A stretch of DNA of 61,277 nucleotides, counting the filler, from Sphacelaria rigidula (Eukaryota): assembly GCA_964200075.2 (NCBI GenBank). It is 4 parts of 4 records of this genome, joined end to end, with 100 filler letters (N's around TTAATTAATTAA, not from the genome) between each part and the next. Parts side by side here need not be neighbours in the genome. Positions count along the whole stretch, not along the records: positions 1 to 15,249 come from CAXNAA020001840.1; 3 more parts are not named here. One strand, given 5' to 3'. A program made the position numbers and the translations under genes. Numbering within the stretch: the first letter of the stretch is position 1; every line of letters begins with the position of its first letter. Shown piece after piece: positions 1 through 13,582 of the stretch. Below the pieces are notes generated by a model, which saw nothing but the letters and a program-made list of their open reading frames with translations, was not told the origin of the DNA and ran no database searches.

Positions 1-599
1 CTTGACCCTGACACCAGCCCCGAGATCGCAACGGTACGGTGTTTCACAGCATCCAGGATCACAGAAGACAGACGCGCTCTGAGTTGTGAGTCCAGTTATC
101 GTGTCGATGCGGAAAGACTCGGAAGCATTCCCCGGAAGAAAGAGACGTGGTTGTTGTGGCGTCCATGCACGGCAAATGAGCCGGAAAAGACCCGGATGTG
201 TGGGCGCCACGGTTGAAGTTGGCACGTAGACTACCTTGCGTGCGATGTGCCGCATCAGGTACAGTGTAGAGAGCGATGGCCTAGCACAGGTACGTTCTCG
301 GTCGATGGGTGGCCCAGATAAGGTACGATTGAAGAATAATCCCCAAATCAGGTATACCTGGGCGAAATTCGGCCTACAAAAGGTAAGCGGTTTCTGGAGG
401 CGAAACGTCCGTTTTTGCGTGGCCATATCTCTCGAGTGAGGTGTTTTTCTTTTCGTTTTGTTTTCGAGGCTCGGGTGCCAATGGCCCCCCCCCCGTATGA
501 TGTGCGTGAAAATTTCGGAGCGAAAACGGTCAAAATGGCGTGTTTAGCTGTTGAGAAGCGTATGCCATGATATGCGAACAAATTACGGGTCTGTTTTCC

Positions 600-3500
600 C
601 AGTCTACTTCCCCACAGCGCTGTGGATGGAGCTCGAAATTTCACTCCCGGACATCTCTGACCCGCGGCAGGTCTGAACAAAAAGTCCCGATTTCACCAAC
701 AAAGGTCTCCTTGCAGACCAAGCAAAGATGACGGATATGCCTTTCTTTAGTTTACTCTCAGACGATGAGGTGCACGTGCTTTCAGTGAGAAGTGATTTGT
801 TGTAGTTGTACCCGTACCCAAGAGGGCACAGAAAAAAAATCCTGGACCCCCCCTCCCCCCCCCCCTCGTCAGGCAAAAAAGAAGAAAAGAAGAATCCAAA
901 CGAATTGGGTGTTTCCAAGCCTTGTTGACGTCAGTAGATGAGGAACACGGCCAAATGAGTCATGTGTGCCGTTTGTGCGTTGGTGCCTCTCTACCGCCTC
1001 TTGTATTGTTGTTTGTAGGAGTTTGCTGCTGATTTGTCCTTCCTTGTGATCCAAGTGATAACTCTTTCTATACAAGTAAATACAAAAAGACAAAAGCTTG
1101 GTCTTGGTTTTTAGCAAGGAGGGTCAAGTTCGTCTTTTTTTCGCTGGAGTCGTTTCGTGCAAAGCTGGAATTATTGGCACACGCAAATAATCCAAAATTG
1201 AATTCCGAGAGTGGAGCACCCCAATACCTGCCCAACTTGAGCATGCCAATGAGCGTGGGCGCTCGTCGCGGCGTCGCGGCTTTCGACCAAACTCGCCGCG
1301 TTTTCGACGGTGTCAGAAAAAAAACTTGATTACACCGCGCATGTTGCGCCGCGTCGCGCGGTGCAGAATTTAACCGTGAGCGTCTGTATAGCGTGTAGCC
1401 CCTCTGGCTTTCAAAGCAGAGCCTCGTCATGTACTGAGCTCGGGTCACCTTCCTGTCTATCCAACCTTGGGCTGCCTGACTTTCAGACAATCTGTGTTGT
1501 TCGCCCACTACACAGCAGACACCATCTGCTGCTCTTCTTTCATCTTGCTGTCTTTGACTCCGATCAATGAATCCGTACCCTATTTAACGTCAGGTTAAAG
1601 TTAGTGTACTTGGTGTGTATAGGAATGAGTGCTGACTTGATACATATACAGAAAATAGCATGGGCGAACCCCCCCCCTCAGAAGGTCGAAAATGAAAAAT
1701 GGGAGTGTGGGTCCAGGGATATTTTTTTTGTGCCCTCTTGCCGTACCCATAACTTGAGAAACTCCGCGAGCGAGTCCGAATATTTTCGCTTGCCCCCCTA
1801 TCCCGTGACACGCCGTGGAATGTGGTGAATTAGGTGGAGTTCGAGATCATTTTTCCCCCACGGAGCCAACGCTTTTTTTTTATCGAAGAATACTACAAGG
1901 GGGAGAAGAATGGCCACTGTTTCAATCCTGACACGTACGACTGCAAATCTCTTCGTGTCGACGTTGACACGGACAGGGTCGTAGTGGATAATGACCCGAA
2001 AGGTGGTGTTGTGGGAGCATCGAACAGGTGCGTGGAGAGCGACAGCGCTAGTTGAGTCAGTTACATGCCGTTGGGTAGTATTGAATAATTGGTGTCAGTT
2101 CAGCTGTGTTGATACCCACCATACAGTAGTGCATGAATGTTTTATATCGGTAGTGGTGCTGTGGTATTAAGCCGCGGAATACAGTGTCGCTCATGTGGCA
2201 TGGGGCCATCAAGTGTAGCTAATCTCCGATGGTTCGTGAATTGATGGTGCTTTGTCATTCCCGGAACGATTGTCACACTGTATTGCTGTTGTTTTACTTG
2301 ATGTTTCGTCCGCCTGTGTTTGGTGTGGATGGTGTGGTGGATACTCCCAAGAGTGGTGCAGCTTTGGGGATCGAAACAAGTATCCGGAGAGCACCCGCGC
2401 TGTTAATTAACGTAGCAAAATGTTCTCAGTTTCGATAACTTGTTATCGCTGAAGGTGTTCGTCATATCCGTAAGACCTGAAACAGAATGTGAAAGTCTCG
2501 CCTCGCAAAGTGTTGACCAGTAGTCTTCGCCTTCGTTTACCAAGGCGGATGGATGATGACGCCACCGGAAAAAAATTGCACCACCTGTTCGATAACCCAG
2601 AAATATGTCGGTAGCGATAATACTTTTGCGGTGCGCGTCACGTTCCCCTTTTTTGTTTCTCCAGACATGAAAAACCGTCGTGCTTTCGTCTGTTTTTTTG
2701 TTCTTTGTTTGGCGTGGGTGGGTAGGGACATGATTCTGCTGGACAAAGAGGAGTGTGGCAAGCAATACAACCGAGGCTTCTTCGTCAACCGAAGCGACTC
2801 CATGCTATTTGGCTATTGCTATGCAGACCCCAAGCGGACTCTCTTGACTAGCCGGGATCGCAATTCCATCAATCACGATCTTGGCGCCCGGGTGTGCTCC
2901 AAAATGGTGCGTGTTAACGTAGACGAGTAGCGGCGTGGTGAGTCATTCCAGGCTAGGGGTGGGAGTGTTTTGGCCAGATTTGCACGACTCAAGGAGCCAG
3001 CCACTTTGGGGCTTTGCCACAAGCAGTCGCGAATTCGTCACATGCTATTGTTGTCGATCTACTGGTAAATGTGCAAATAGCTGCAGAGAGCTACCCCGTG
3101 GTTGGGAGGGATGCTTTTTTTCATCATCCGAATTGTGGCTCGACCTTGTCAAAGTCATTGTGGTGATCCGATTAACCTTGCGTAACCTGGTGCAAAGCTG
3201 CAGTTCCCTCGTAAGCCGCGTGTCAAAGCTAAATCTTTGTCAAAATTCTTGCGCCCTACATGGAGAAAAAAATGGGTTCCTTCCAACGCCCTGAGACCGT
3301 GTGAACCCTTGATTACATGTGACGATCTTGCAAATGCCATTGGCCCCGATCTCAGCGCTGAGCTGTGTTCCAAACCCTGCCCAGGTGTGATGGTTACCCT
3401 CTCATGCGTCCCGTGTCTCTGTCGACTTCTTGTTAGTTTCGGAAATTCCGGGTTTTTATACTCAATTCCGAACACATGACTACTTGCGTCGCGAACAAGC

Positions 3501-5110
3501 CAAATTCGAAGCCCCACAGCTTGGGCAAAATAAATTCTGTTTCTTTGGTTGCGATGGTTTTGATCGTGTTTTTCGGGAAGAAATATGAAAGCACTCGGAG
3601 GAAGACGTCGGAGAAAAAGTCGAAGCTTCACTGGGCACGACCCTGGCGCCGACTTCGACTCGTCCTGTAAAACACGTAGAAGGGCACCGGTTATCGAATG
3701 TGACGGCGACCGCACACACCGCTTCTGCCACTAAACGTTGTGCTGTCGAAGACATGTCGTCGCGATCGTCGGTAGGGAAACCTTCGGAAGTGCAGAACAT
3801 TTACTTGTCGACAATCTGGAGATACTGGAGATGCTGGAGGAACTGGAGATTGGACACCTTTGATCGCTCGGAACTTTGTAGACTCCCGTCGCGTACATTG
3901 ACACACTTCACGTTCCCTGCCTCATCGTTGCATCGTGCCCTGTACCATCTATTTACCCATTGATGTCAACTTCGCCTTTTTTTCTCGAAGACCATGTGTA
4001 ATTGTCTATGCTCCATCAGATGAATCCTTTCGTCAAAATCGATAAACCAAGATTGGCGTCGTGACGTAAAAGAGTGGTTGGAGCTAACGACGAGACCCCC
4101 CAAAGAAACAACACGGGTGAGGGTTACCTCCAGCATAAAGATTGCGTACTAATTCTGATCGGGCGCGAAACAGAAGTACAGGCAGTATGACTGGTAGCTT
4201 TTTTCTTGGTCGATGGCTGACGTCAGCCACGGCCCTTTGGGAGGTGAGGACGTTTGGACATGAATGACGCCACACGGTGGATATGACCACTTTGTTCAAA
4301 TCGTTCCGAGGGGGAAACAAATACCGGGAATTTATCAGCCGATATCCGCAGGGCACGAACGAAGTGTCGCGAAGTTTTCAGAATAGCCAACGCGCTCGAC
4401 TGGTTGCTCTGATTCACCGAAACACTCCGCCAGGTGTGGTCTCATTAGACAGTATTGGGCTAGGAGTAAAATCGGTTTTACGGTCGCCTCTCTGACTGAG
4501 ATAGCACGATATATGGGGTATATTTGGTCTCTGCTCTTTTATTTCGTCAGCTTGTTTTCATTCTTTTCCCGTTTTCCCCCCCCCTTTATCCTTATCTTTT
4601 TCATGCTAAAGATGTGCGTCGAGATTTGTTGGAAAGGGGGGCTGTCTTTTGCGAACACGTCAGGTATCCAAGGTGCCGCGGTTATCAACCCAAAAGCTTG
4701 GTTGAGCCGTTGTTCAGTGCAACTGCACAGACCAGGAAATCCCAAGGCCAAGGCCACGTTGGGAAGATGTCCGTCTCACTCGAGCGCATTCGATGGGCGT
4801 ATCGATTTTATTTGTTATCTCTGCGAACCCTAGGTGGCAGATGTCATCACGCGAAAAAGCGGCGATGGTAAACGACTTTGCCGTGCGTTGCTGCGGTACA
4901 TGTTGGAGCATAACTGGGATACATCCGTCGAGATTAGAAGGCAGGTGCTCATGGAGAACGGCGTTATTCCTCTGTTGCAGAAGCAATACCGAGAGATGTA
5001 TCCAGGAAAGGTGAGTGCCCGGGCTATCTTTGGACTGAACAAAACGTACGGGGCATTGCCAAGGTCGGGAAAAGAGGTTCAGAAAGCAGTTATTTTGCAG
5101 CGGAGGTGAG
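600..5110 (+). pseudogene. Degraded coding-like segments of unknown identity (possibly a relic TE or host gene)
   Basis: Protein-like stretches broken by stops or frameshifts, e.g. 1834-2055 EFEIIFPPRSQRFFFIEEYYKGEKNGHCF, 2720-2910 DKEECGKQYNRGFFVNRSD, 4834-5109 KRLCRALLRYMLEHNWD. Several have AG/GT-like edges. No family recognised. Confidence 0.3.
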
Positions 5111-5342
5111 TGTATATTGTAGGAGGATTTGCGGTGTGTTTGTGAGCCATTCGGTGTACTCACGAGGGACGCGGTTCGTCGAGGTAAAGACAGGCGAAAG
5201 GGTTCAGAGTGTAACGAGTTTTCGGATTGGTCAACGTTCTCAGCTCGTTGCTCTGGTTAGTCGAAAAACCTCCATCATTTGTGGTATCGTTAGTTTCAGA
5301 GGGAAAGACGAACGTAGAGATGAATCCCCAGGCGAGGGATAA

Positions 5343-5816
5343 GACCATCTTTTATGGCAGCCAATCTTGATTTGTACAAATATGAGAATGTCGGTCCGTC
5401 TACAGGCGATTTGCTCTCGTGTGTTGATTATTCGGACTCCAGTCCGTTGGGCAATGTTTTTCGGCAAGCAGTGAAAAAACCAGATCCACTCTCCGATTCT
5501 CTGGACGTTGACTTTTGATACATCATATTTCCGCTCGAATCGGGACACTCTCGCATCTCCCCCGATTTTTCCCCGATTTTTTGGAAAAATCGGGGGAGAT
5601 GCGGGTGTGACTCAATTTAAGCAGAAATGTGATGAACCGAAAGTGAACATCTAGACAATCGGAGACTTGATCGGGTTTTCTCACAGCTAACCGAAAAAAA
5701 ATTTGCCCAGTGGACTGCGGGATCCGGAAAATTAATCCATGGGAGAAAATCGTCCGTACACGGACTGAAACCCTCATATATGTACAAAACGATATACGTT
5801 GCCATAAAAGATGGTC
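5343..5816. mobile_element. Foldback MITE, PIF/Harbinger (Tourist)-type
   Basis: Imperfect palindrome with ~235-bp arms centred near 5578 (GACCATCTTTTATGGCA...TGCCATAAAAGATGGTC), flanked by TAA at 5340-5342 and TAA at 5817-5819. Confidence 0.85.
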
Positions 5817-5987
5817 TAAGATGTTGGACTGGAGTCAGGAATGGGATATGGTGAATATCTCGAGTTAAAAACACATATCATACGCTCCAAGGGGGCATGG
5901 ATGACGTCAACCGTTGACCCTGGAATATTGCCCACGACAGATTTACCGAGTTTTTTCTTGTGACCACGCCGAAAACGGCGTGTCACT

Positions 5988-7495
5988 TTGCCATTCTATC
6001 TGAAGTATCAGAAGACTGTATCACTCACCAAGTGCGATGTGGTTCCCCTTGTGCAGAAGAAACATGCCTGCCAGACGTCTCAACCACCCCCCGATTTTTT
6101 TGCAAGTGCTTTCTACACAGCCAACATCGTGCAAGGATCTAGAAAACTCATGTCGGAAATTCTTCAATCCACAGACTATGTTGAGGTCCACGTGCTGTAC
6201 ATCGGCCCGAAACTATTCAGGCTCTCTACTTTGCTTTCAGTGCTGTTTGAGATTCCAAATCTGACGCGAAGGAACCCGGGAGGCTTTGTGCGCATGCCTT
6301 CTTTTCTGTCGCCAAGTACTTAGCATATTTTTATCTTGCGACAGTGATCCAATCGATTCGTGTGCCCATGCTCATGGTTCTGGTGAAACCGCAAATGAAA
6401 CTTGATGCAATCTTAGAGAGGGCGCATTTCAGCTTGTGGCGCTACTGCTTTCGTTTTTTATTTGTTTTATGCTGTGACCGGTCTGCAGTTCTTACCTGGT
6501 TGCTGTTGCCCCTCGAGATCATGTCTCCGTTTTTTCCTTTGACGATCGCACTTGTACATGCATTCTTGTTATTGTCCGTTACACTTTTACCCCTCCCTAC
6601 CCCCTTCCTCCGAATTTGTCCGTATTTCAAGGCTTGGGCAACTCATCTTTCCCTCCCGTACACGCTTGATACTTGGGTGTCGGGAATCGAAATCGCACCC
6701 CCGCACCGTGTCGGCTTCCGTCAAATGTTCTTTCCCACTGACGTCCTTGCGTGTGTAACGACTGAAAACACAACTTCCGCAGGAAAATATGTATCTAGTC
6801 CGCTGAGATTTGAATCCTCAACTGATCTCCAACAATTCCTCACGACGCACCGATTGGATCACTGGAGCGCGGTGGCAATACTTCTCCAGCTTCCCATTTC
6901 GGTGTGAATCTTGCACCCCATGCCGTCCTGCCGTGGGTTACTGTTCACCACGTCTGATACGAGCAACTTGTAGTGACCAATTCTCTCGTCACGGGCGCTT
7001 CTCTCGTCGGACATTAGACGGAAATCCCTCTGCACTCCTATATGCCAACCCCTGCCCGCCTCACATGAGAACTAGAGGAATTAAATTGGGGGGATAGTTT
7101 TTTTCGTCTGTTTTCGAGATTCGAACTGATTTTGGAGTTTCGGTTCCGATAATTATCACAATACGACGGTAATCAAAATGTGGGTCGCTCGTTGAAATCG
7201 ATACGACTCAGATTGTGATTGAAAAAATGGGGCATTCAATTCGCCGCAAATCTTCACATGAATCGTGTGGAATACGCGCAGGTGCTCGTGAGCTGGGTCA
7301 GCGCCACAGAGCTGGTGCGAAGGGTGGCTGACGTCCGCGGTTTGGAGGTGGAGCCGGCTGCGTCGTTCATGGACGAAGGGGCGTCTCTAGTCAAAGGCTT
7401 CTTTGCTGAATTGCAAACACTAGAAAGGCAGGATATCAGGGTTGAGGGGAGAAGCTGGGTGTCGCCCATTGTTGACGATATCCTACGGATTACGG
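5988..7495 (+). CDS. Probable exons of an unknown protein (about 5988-6315, 6344-6440, 6632-6901, 7282-7495)
   Basis: Long open, protein-like frames with candidate splice edges (cag|gtgctc at 7282, acgg|gtgag near 7495). No domain recognised; exon joins not verified. Confidence 0.35.
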
Positions 7496-10400
7496 GTGAG
7501 TTGCTCTAAATATATATATATACATATATATATATATATCGTTGAATATCCAAGCATACCACGAAATGCTAACGGCAGACTCATACCGCAAGTAGATGGG
7601 TTCCTGAGTACGCTCGTTGTGACCGGCATTCTCATCTTCTGACCGGCATTCTCATCTGCGCATGCGCTACCCTCCGGCATACCTTTTCTCTTTTCTTCTC
7701 TGAAAGAAGTAGGAAACCTGACCGAACACTTACCCCGCAAGCGTGTTCGTGTACCGATTACCCGGAGGCTCGGCTAGACTGCCTCGCGGGATACAGTCAG
7801 TCATGTGGGGTAGGCTACCCCAAGCGTTCGAAAGTTTTGCTTGAGGCAGTGTGGGGGTCCGACCCACTGAAACCCCTTGTCAACTTGGAGCAGTTCACGC
7901 GCCGCTCTACTCTGATGAGCTTCGGCCCTACTGTCGTCCTAGGCACACTGTGCTATCTGACTGTGCTGGCTTGGAATGTAGCGATTTATGACCAAATATG
8001 ATACCGAGACACTCCGGCAGGCAAACTCTAACGTGAATGGCATAGAGACGGTACGAACCGAAACAAATGGTAACAAACCAGAACAACGTCCGCTGCTTTA
8101 TACTGGCGGCGAAGGGGTCACCCAGTAAGGCAGGAATACTTGCCATGATGATTACGTTGGACAGAGCAATCAAGCGTTGGAGGTATAGAGAGCTACGCTC
8201 GGATGCTGTGCTGAACACGCATTTCAATCGACCAAGCGAGCAACTGGCGGGCATTTTCGGGTGTGATATTCCCGTAGCGAATATGAAAAAACGAGCGAGT
8301 GCCCTGCTGACGTTTGGATCTCGACACTGTGGCACGTATTGCGTTTCGTAAGCAACCTCGACAACTCGACAGCCTTTTGCTTTTTATACATTTCAACTCC
8401 GAAACGGCAGATGGTCCATTCAGCCCTTTGCTTGCAGTGTCTGTTCACCCAAGTATCATGAAACCATGACGTAAACGGGTGAATGTTGATGAACCGCTGC
8501 TTCTGTGCCCCGCCGTGTTTTACACCATCTCAAAAACGAGCCAGGCGCGCAGGAGGTAGCAGCAGTCGACTTTCCGCAACAAATGGGATCCAAGCACGCG
8601 TACGTGTTCTGGATGACCGGAAAGGTGGTATTTATGTCTAAGTCATCTCTCAAAGTGGCTCCCAACAAGTTGAGGTGGGAAGAGGGCAAGTACTTGCTGG
8701 ACAGCATTCGGTGTTCCATGCAGCACAGCTGCAGCAATCATGACGACAAGGGAAAGGCGAGTTGTTTGACTTCAAGGGTAAAAGAGCTGTGTGCTGTACT
8801 ACTGTAGTGCAGTGTAGTACTGAAAGTGAGGTTGCGGGCGACCTTCTTTCACGCGTTCACGGCGACTTGCAGGATACTGCAGGGTATGGCCACACTCACC
8901 CGTATTGGAAGGCTTGCTCATTCGCGCTGTCAATTTTGTCGTTTCGATCTTGCACAACGAAAGCAGACTTTGACTGTGGAGCTTGATGTTGGGGAAGGGA
9001 AGGTTCATCAGTTAATCGATTGTGCTTTTAAAGCAAAGCAGACTATTGTCAGGGGAGCTTGACGTTGGGGGATGATGTACCAGTTGAATTACAGCACTTT
9101 CCAGCAGGCGACGACGCGTGTAGAAAAATGTATTGTCGGTCCGTTTTCGTTTTGTTGGACACGTGCAGCTGCGGCGAAATGTCCTAGGGAACAACTATCT
9201 CGTCCTCTCGATGTTGAACACACCGCATGCCCTCGACTTCAAACCTCGACACGTCTTTATTACAAGCGACAATATACTAAACACACGGCGCGCGCGAAAT
9301 GTTGCCCAGCACCCCAGCACAAGGAAAGATTTGTAATTTTGTGTTTGTGAGGGAAACAGCAGGTCTTCGTCTTTTCATTTCTTCTTTGCTGCGGGCCCCT
9401 GTACCGCTTCCGTGTGGTGAGGGATCGACTGCAGTGGGAAACCAAATGGCTCGCCAAAACGTTTCATTGCCTTCGAGGACTCAAGCTCTATCTGCACGAC
9501 CCCATATACACCGACTCCAACATATGAAGTTTCAAGAGACCGTGACCGTGAGCGACACGGAAGTACCGGCGGTCAAGGCCTGGAGGTGGCTTTAAAAGGC
9601 GAACGTTGTCGTTTAAGATCACAATGCCCAAGCCGCGGCTGCTGCCCTTTCAAACTTCTCGTGATTGCGATATCAAATACGAACCCCATCGACCCACAAC
9701 ATCGCATCAAATAGGACTTACCTCCATGATCACCGTGGCATAAAAACTGGCTGACCAAGTACTTGAACTGTACTGTGGTGTACTACGCTGTACTCACTAC
9801 ATTACGCTGTGCTGTGGTGCACTGCGCACAGTGTTCGCAGGAAGCTACCCAAGCGATTGAATTCGCGTGAGACGAAAGGGTGCACGAAATCTGTCGTGAA
9901 TGAACTGCAGATGTGTTAATTCAGAGGACGTCAACGTCTCCGTCACATGGACTAGGAACGTGTTCCTTTTTTCGATGTGCAAATTAAGAGACGAGCTATC
10001 TCCACCATGAAGCATTAAGAAAAAAACATGATCGCGCGTACAATTACTCACGAGAGCAAGACCTGAACGCTCTTCTCCAGTTCTTGCTTTGAAACAGCAA
10101 ACCATGTCTCTGTACTAAACGTTTTATAGTTGAATACGCGCCAATCCAAGCTCTCGTTTTTCGACTGTCGCAACGCCGTGACTGGTTTCATTTTTGAAGA
10201 GCTGACTTGTACGTTTTGCCTGCCTTAATTTCACGTCAGCAAGTGAGTCAAAATAGTCAAAATTGTTCCCACAACAGGTTCAAGTCGAAGATAGAGCACT
10301 CTTTGAAAATAGCATAGGACACAATTTCCCACAGTTTGCCGCAGACCCACGGGAAAATCAATCGATAGTCGCACCCGCTCTTAGGCATGAGTGATATTGA

Positions 10401-10704
10401 TATGATTGTAGTTGACGCACACAGCGCGCTGCCTATCGCCGGCTGTTCAGCGTGAAAATTCCCGCACTTACGATAATATCCTGTCCGGACTTCGTAGGTG
10501 GCGTTTCATCGCGTGGTGGAGTGCTTTTTTGTTACATTTATTTTGTCTTCCCTGCGCGAGAACGTACCACCTACATCGTTAGTTCCCGACTCCAACTTTG
10601 TTCGACAAGCGTGGTCCCCCCCCTTATTTGACCCAGCTACTCTCTGCTAACCCCATCGCGCGCCGAAAAACTCTTTTATCCTCGGGTGAATGGTCGCTTT
10701 TCAG

Positions 10705-13582
10705 GTGAGTAGTCGTGCGTTCGAGTTGTATCACCTAGTTACACACGCCGAGCAGCCTGAACCGGAGGTTGAGGATACCTTTTCCGATGCCAGTGACGAT
10801 GCCGCCCCTACCGAAACCGACGAAGTCACCGCTACTTCCACAGCTGCTGGATCCAGCGCTGCTACTGCTGCTTCGCCTTCTGCTGCTGCAGTAGACTTGG
10901 GCGACGCACCGGTAGGTGTAACGGCCGAGAAACCAGGGACCACTGATGTCACTGTCACTCCTACTGCCAGTGCAGAGGCTGGACGTGCTACGGGTAAGCA
11001 GTCTGGGACCCCCTCGAATGCTGGTACACGTGGTACAACTGTCTCTTCTGCTGGTGCTGCTGCGAGTGTCTCTGACGTAGTTTCTAACGAGGCTCATGCA
11101 GAAGCATGTGACCGGGTGGCTACTTCTCCTACGGCCGTCGTGGCCGTGAGTGATGGTACTTCCGTAGGTGGTGCTAGTGTGGACGGTGACACCGAGGGTA
11201 GTGATGGTGAGGCCAACGGTCTGTCAGCAGCGACTTCTGCTGCAGGTACTGAGGCTCATGCTAGTGTGAGTGTTTCTCCCGCTATTGCGAAGTCGATCGC
11301 AAACGATTCGTCGCCAAGCTCAACACTCAGGATATCGACCGCAGTATCGATCGCAGGTCTTCCAGTTGCGGTGAAGAAGGAGGGTGACGCTAAGGCGACC
11401 AATTCCATGAATATATCGTCTTCGGAAGATATTCCCATGGCTGATGGTTCCTCGCCGAAACACGCTGCTTTGAAGGTGAGGTTTGCTTCAGTGTATTGTG
11501 TAGGCGAAATCGGAGAGAGTTCTGCGACTCTAGGGGAGGTGAAAAGTTGGGGGGTTTGAGAGCAGCAGCATCTTTTTATTGTGCGAGAGTCAATTGAAAA
11601 TTAACAATCGTGTGTGTAGCTACTGAATGAACGCTCATCTCTGCTTTTGGCTAACTCAAGCTTCACACCATGAATGGGGGGTGGCAGTCGTATTTTGGAA
11701 GAACCTAGGATCTGTGGCGAAATACTTGGCACTTTTCATCTCGACTGGGCTTTATTGGGACGGAGAGCATAGCCCGCTCGTAGTATCACGCTCCCGTTGT
11801 CTCCGTTATGTTATTTGGTCTGTACTGCGATCAGGAGGAACCGCAAGTATTTTCTTCGTTTTGAAAACGGGTAGACTGTGTGTATTGGGGCTATTCAGCT
11901 ATTATTATCAGGGCTCGTTTGCTAAAATATACGCAGCGGAAATTTGCTCGAGTGTACCCAGGTGATTGTCTCGCGAAACGACAGCATCAGCATCTGTCCC
12001 CAAGTATGCACCTCCCGGAGTTGGCAATGTTCACGTTTCCGTCAACACAAGCGTGGGGAACATGTTCTTCCGCGGATGTGAAGGTTCTCGCATGCACCTG
12101 GGACATGAGAAGAATGTTACAGGGCTTGATCGTACTTCTCGGCTCCGATTTTTGTTTAAATGATGGTGGCGCAAAATGTTACTGCCAGGCATCTGCGAGA
12201 TCATGCAACATGCATTAAGCCACCCCCACCCTCGCCACCTTGCTCCTTCTCGAAAGGGATGCGTGGTCAATGGTCAAATGACTAAGGCAAGCAACAAATG
12301 AGTACGCCCCCCCCCCCCCCCACCCTCGCCACCGTGCCGTCAACAATTCATGGGCTATCTTATGTAGGCGTGTTCGAGTGAAAGCTCCAACCAAGGAGCT
12401 CGTGTGACAACACACAGCACGACAAGCGTGGGAACACCCGGTGTTCGGGACAAAGGAGACGACAATAGGAAGCACAATCCACACACGGGCGATCAGCAGG
12501 CAACGAAAAAAGCGCAAGAGGAACACATGGAAGTGGAGAACGTACACGGGCCATTGAGTGGCGGGAGTAGGGGAGCGGCGGGGGGGAAAGATGGCGACCT
12601 GGGCAACAGCAGTGGCAGAGAACAAGGCAAAGCTGGAGAGATAACACGGAGGGCAAACAGCATCAGCAGCGGCAAAAACAGCAACGGCGGAAACAGCAAC
12701 ATCACCCTCAAAAACGGTTCATCTCTTGTAGTGACGACAATGAAGCGGGTTCGCGAGACGTGCGTCGAGGCGAAAGGTGCCTGTCCTTGTCCCTCGACAC
12801 CAGGACAAAGTGCTCAACGTGAGGAACGAAACCGCGCGAAAAAAATGAAAGGGGATGATGAGCAAGATACCCTGTCGGTGTCGTCTGCCGATGAGGATAG
12901 GAAACGAGCGTCACCTGCAGCGGGAACGGGAATATTGCTGCCATCGGGGTTACCCGGAGCGTTGTCGGAGGAAGCGAGTCAACACTCTCCTACCAGTCAT
13001 CCTGGTTCCGCGACGGTGCCGGTCGGGGTATCAGCGGGGAGTAGGAAGACTGAGGCACAGGCAGGTGCGAACTTGACTCCTGTCGAAGAGGGTAAACCTC
13101 GGGAATATGGAGCGTTTGTGGATGGGGACGGGCGGCTCGTACCAGCGCTTAGCTATCTTGAGGACCGTCGGATGGGAGATAGAAGGTTCCCGTTGTGGCG
13201 AACAGTGGGGGACCCGCGTTCTGAGGAGGTGCTCCGTAGCTACCTGCTGACTCTGAATATGAACGAGGTTACCAAGACAGCACTGTTTATCTGGGCGGAT
13301 CGTCTTGAGCAGAAAGGGCGATCCATTAACTTTTTTTCGTTAGTAGGGAACCCCGGCCGTAAGGAAGGGGATGAACCGTTCCAAGCTTTCACTAGGAGTG
13401 ATCACGGCCGCGTGTTTTTGAATCTAGCGCATACTTCGAAGCACGGCTGGCCTAGCTCTGTTTTGGCAGCGCAGATGGCGGACGAAGACCGCGGTACTCC
13501 CACGCGCGATAGCCTATGGCTCGAGAAATTCCGGGAGTGGGTTTTGCGTGTGGAAGATATTCCCCCCCGCCCGGATACCTGA
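10705..13582 (+). CDS. Unknown protein: Ala/Ser/Thr-rich low-complexity exon (about 10705-11475) plus terminal exon (about 12368-13582) with a globular-looking C-terminus
   Basis: Open frames of 289 and 392 aa; acceptor tttcag| at 10704, donor aag|gtgag at 11475, acceptor tgtag| at 12367; C-terminal ~160 aa is compositionally ordered (YLEDRRMGDRRFPLWRTVGDP...WLEKFREWVLRVE). Confidence 0.55.
12241..12320 (+). mobile_element. 5'-truncated LINE 3' end with target-site duplication
   Basis: Matches the LINE terminus at 56925-56994 (CTCGAAAGGGATGCGTGGTCAATGGTCAAA...GAGTACGCCCC); CCCCACCCTCGCCACC occurs on both sides. Confidence 0.8.

Noticed and set aside
7875-7935. Hammerhead-like CTGATGA-GC-TTCG-GC
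   Set aside because: The required GAAA after stem II is absent and stem I pairs poorly; at best a broken relic.
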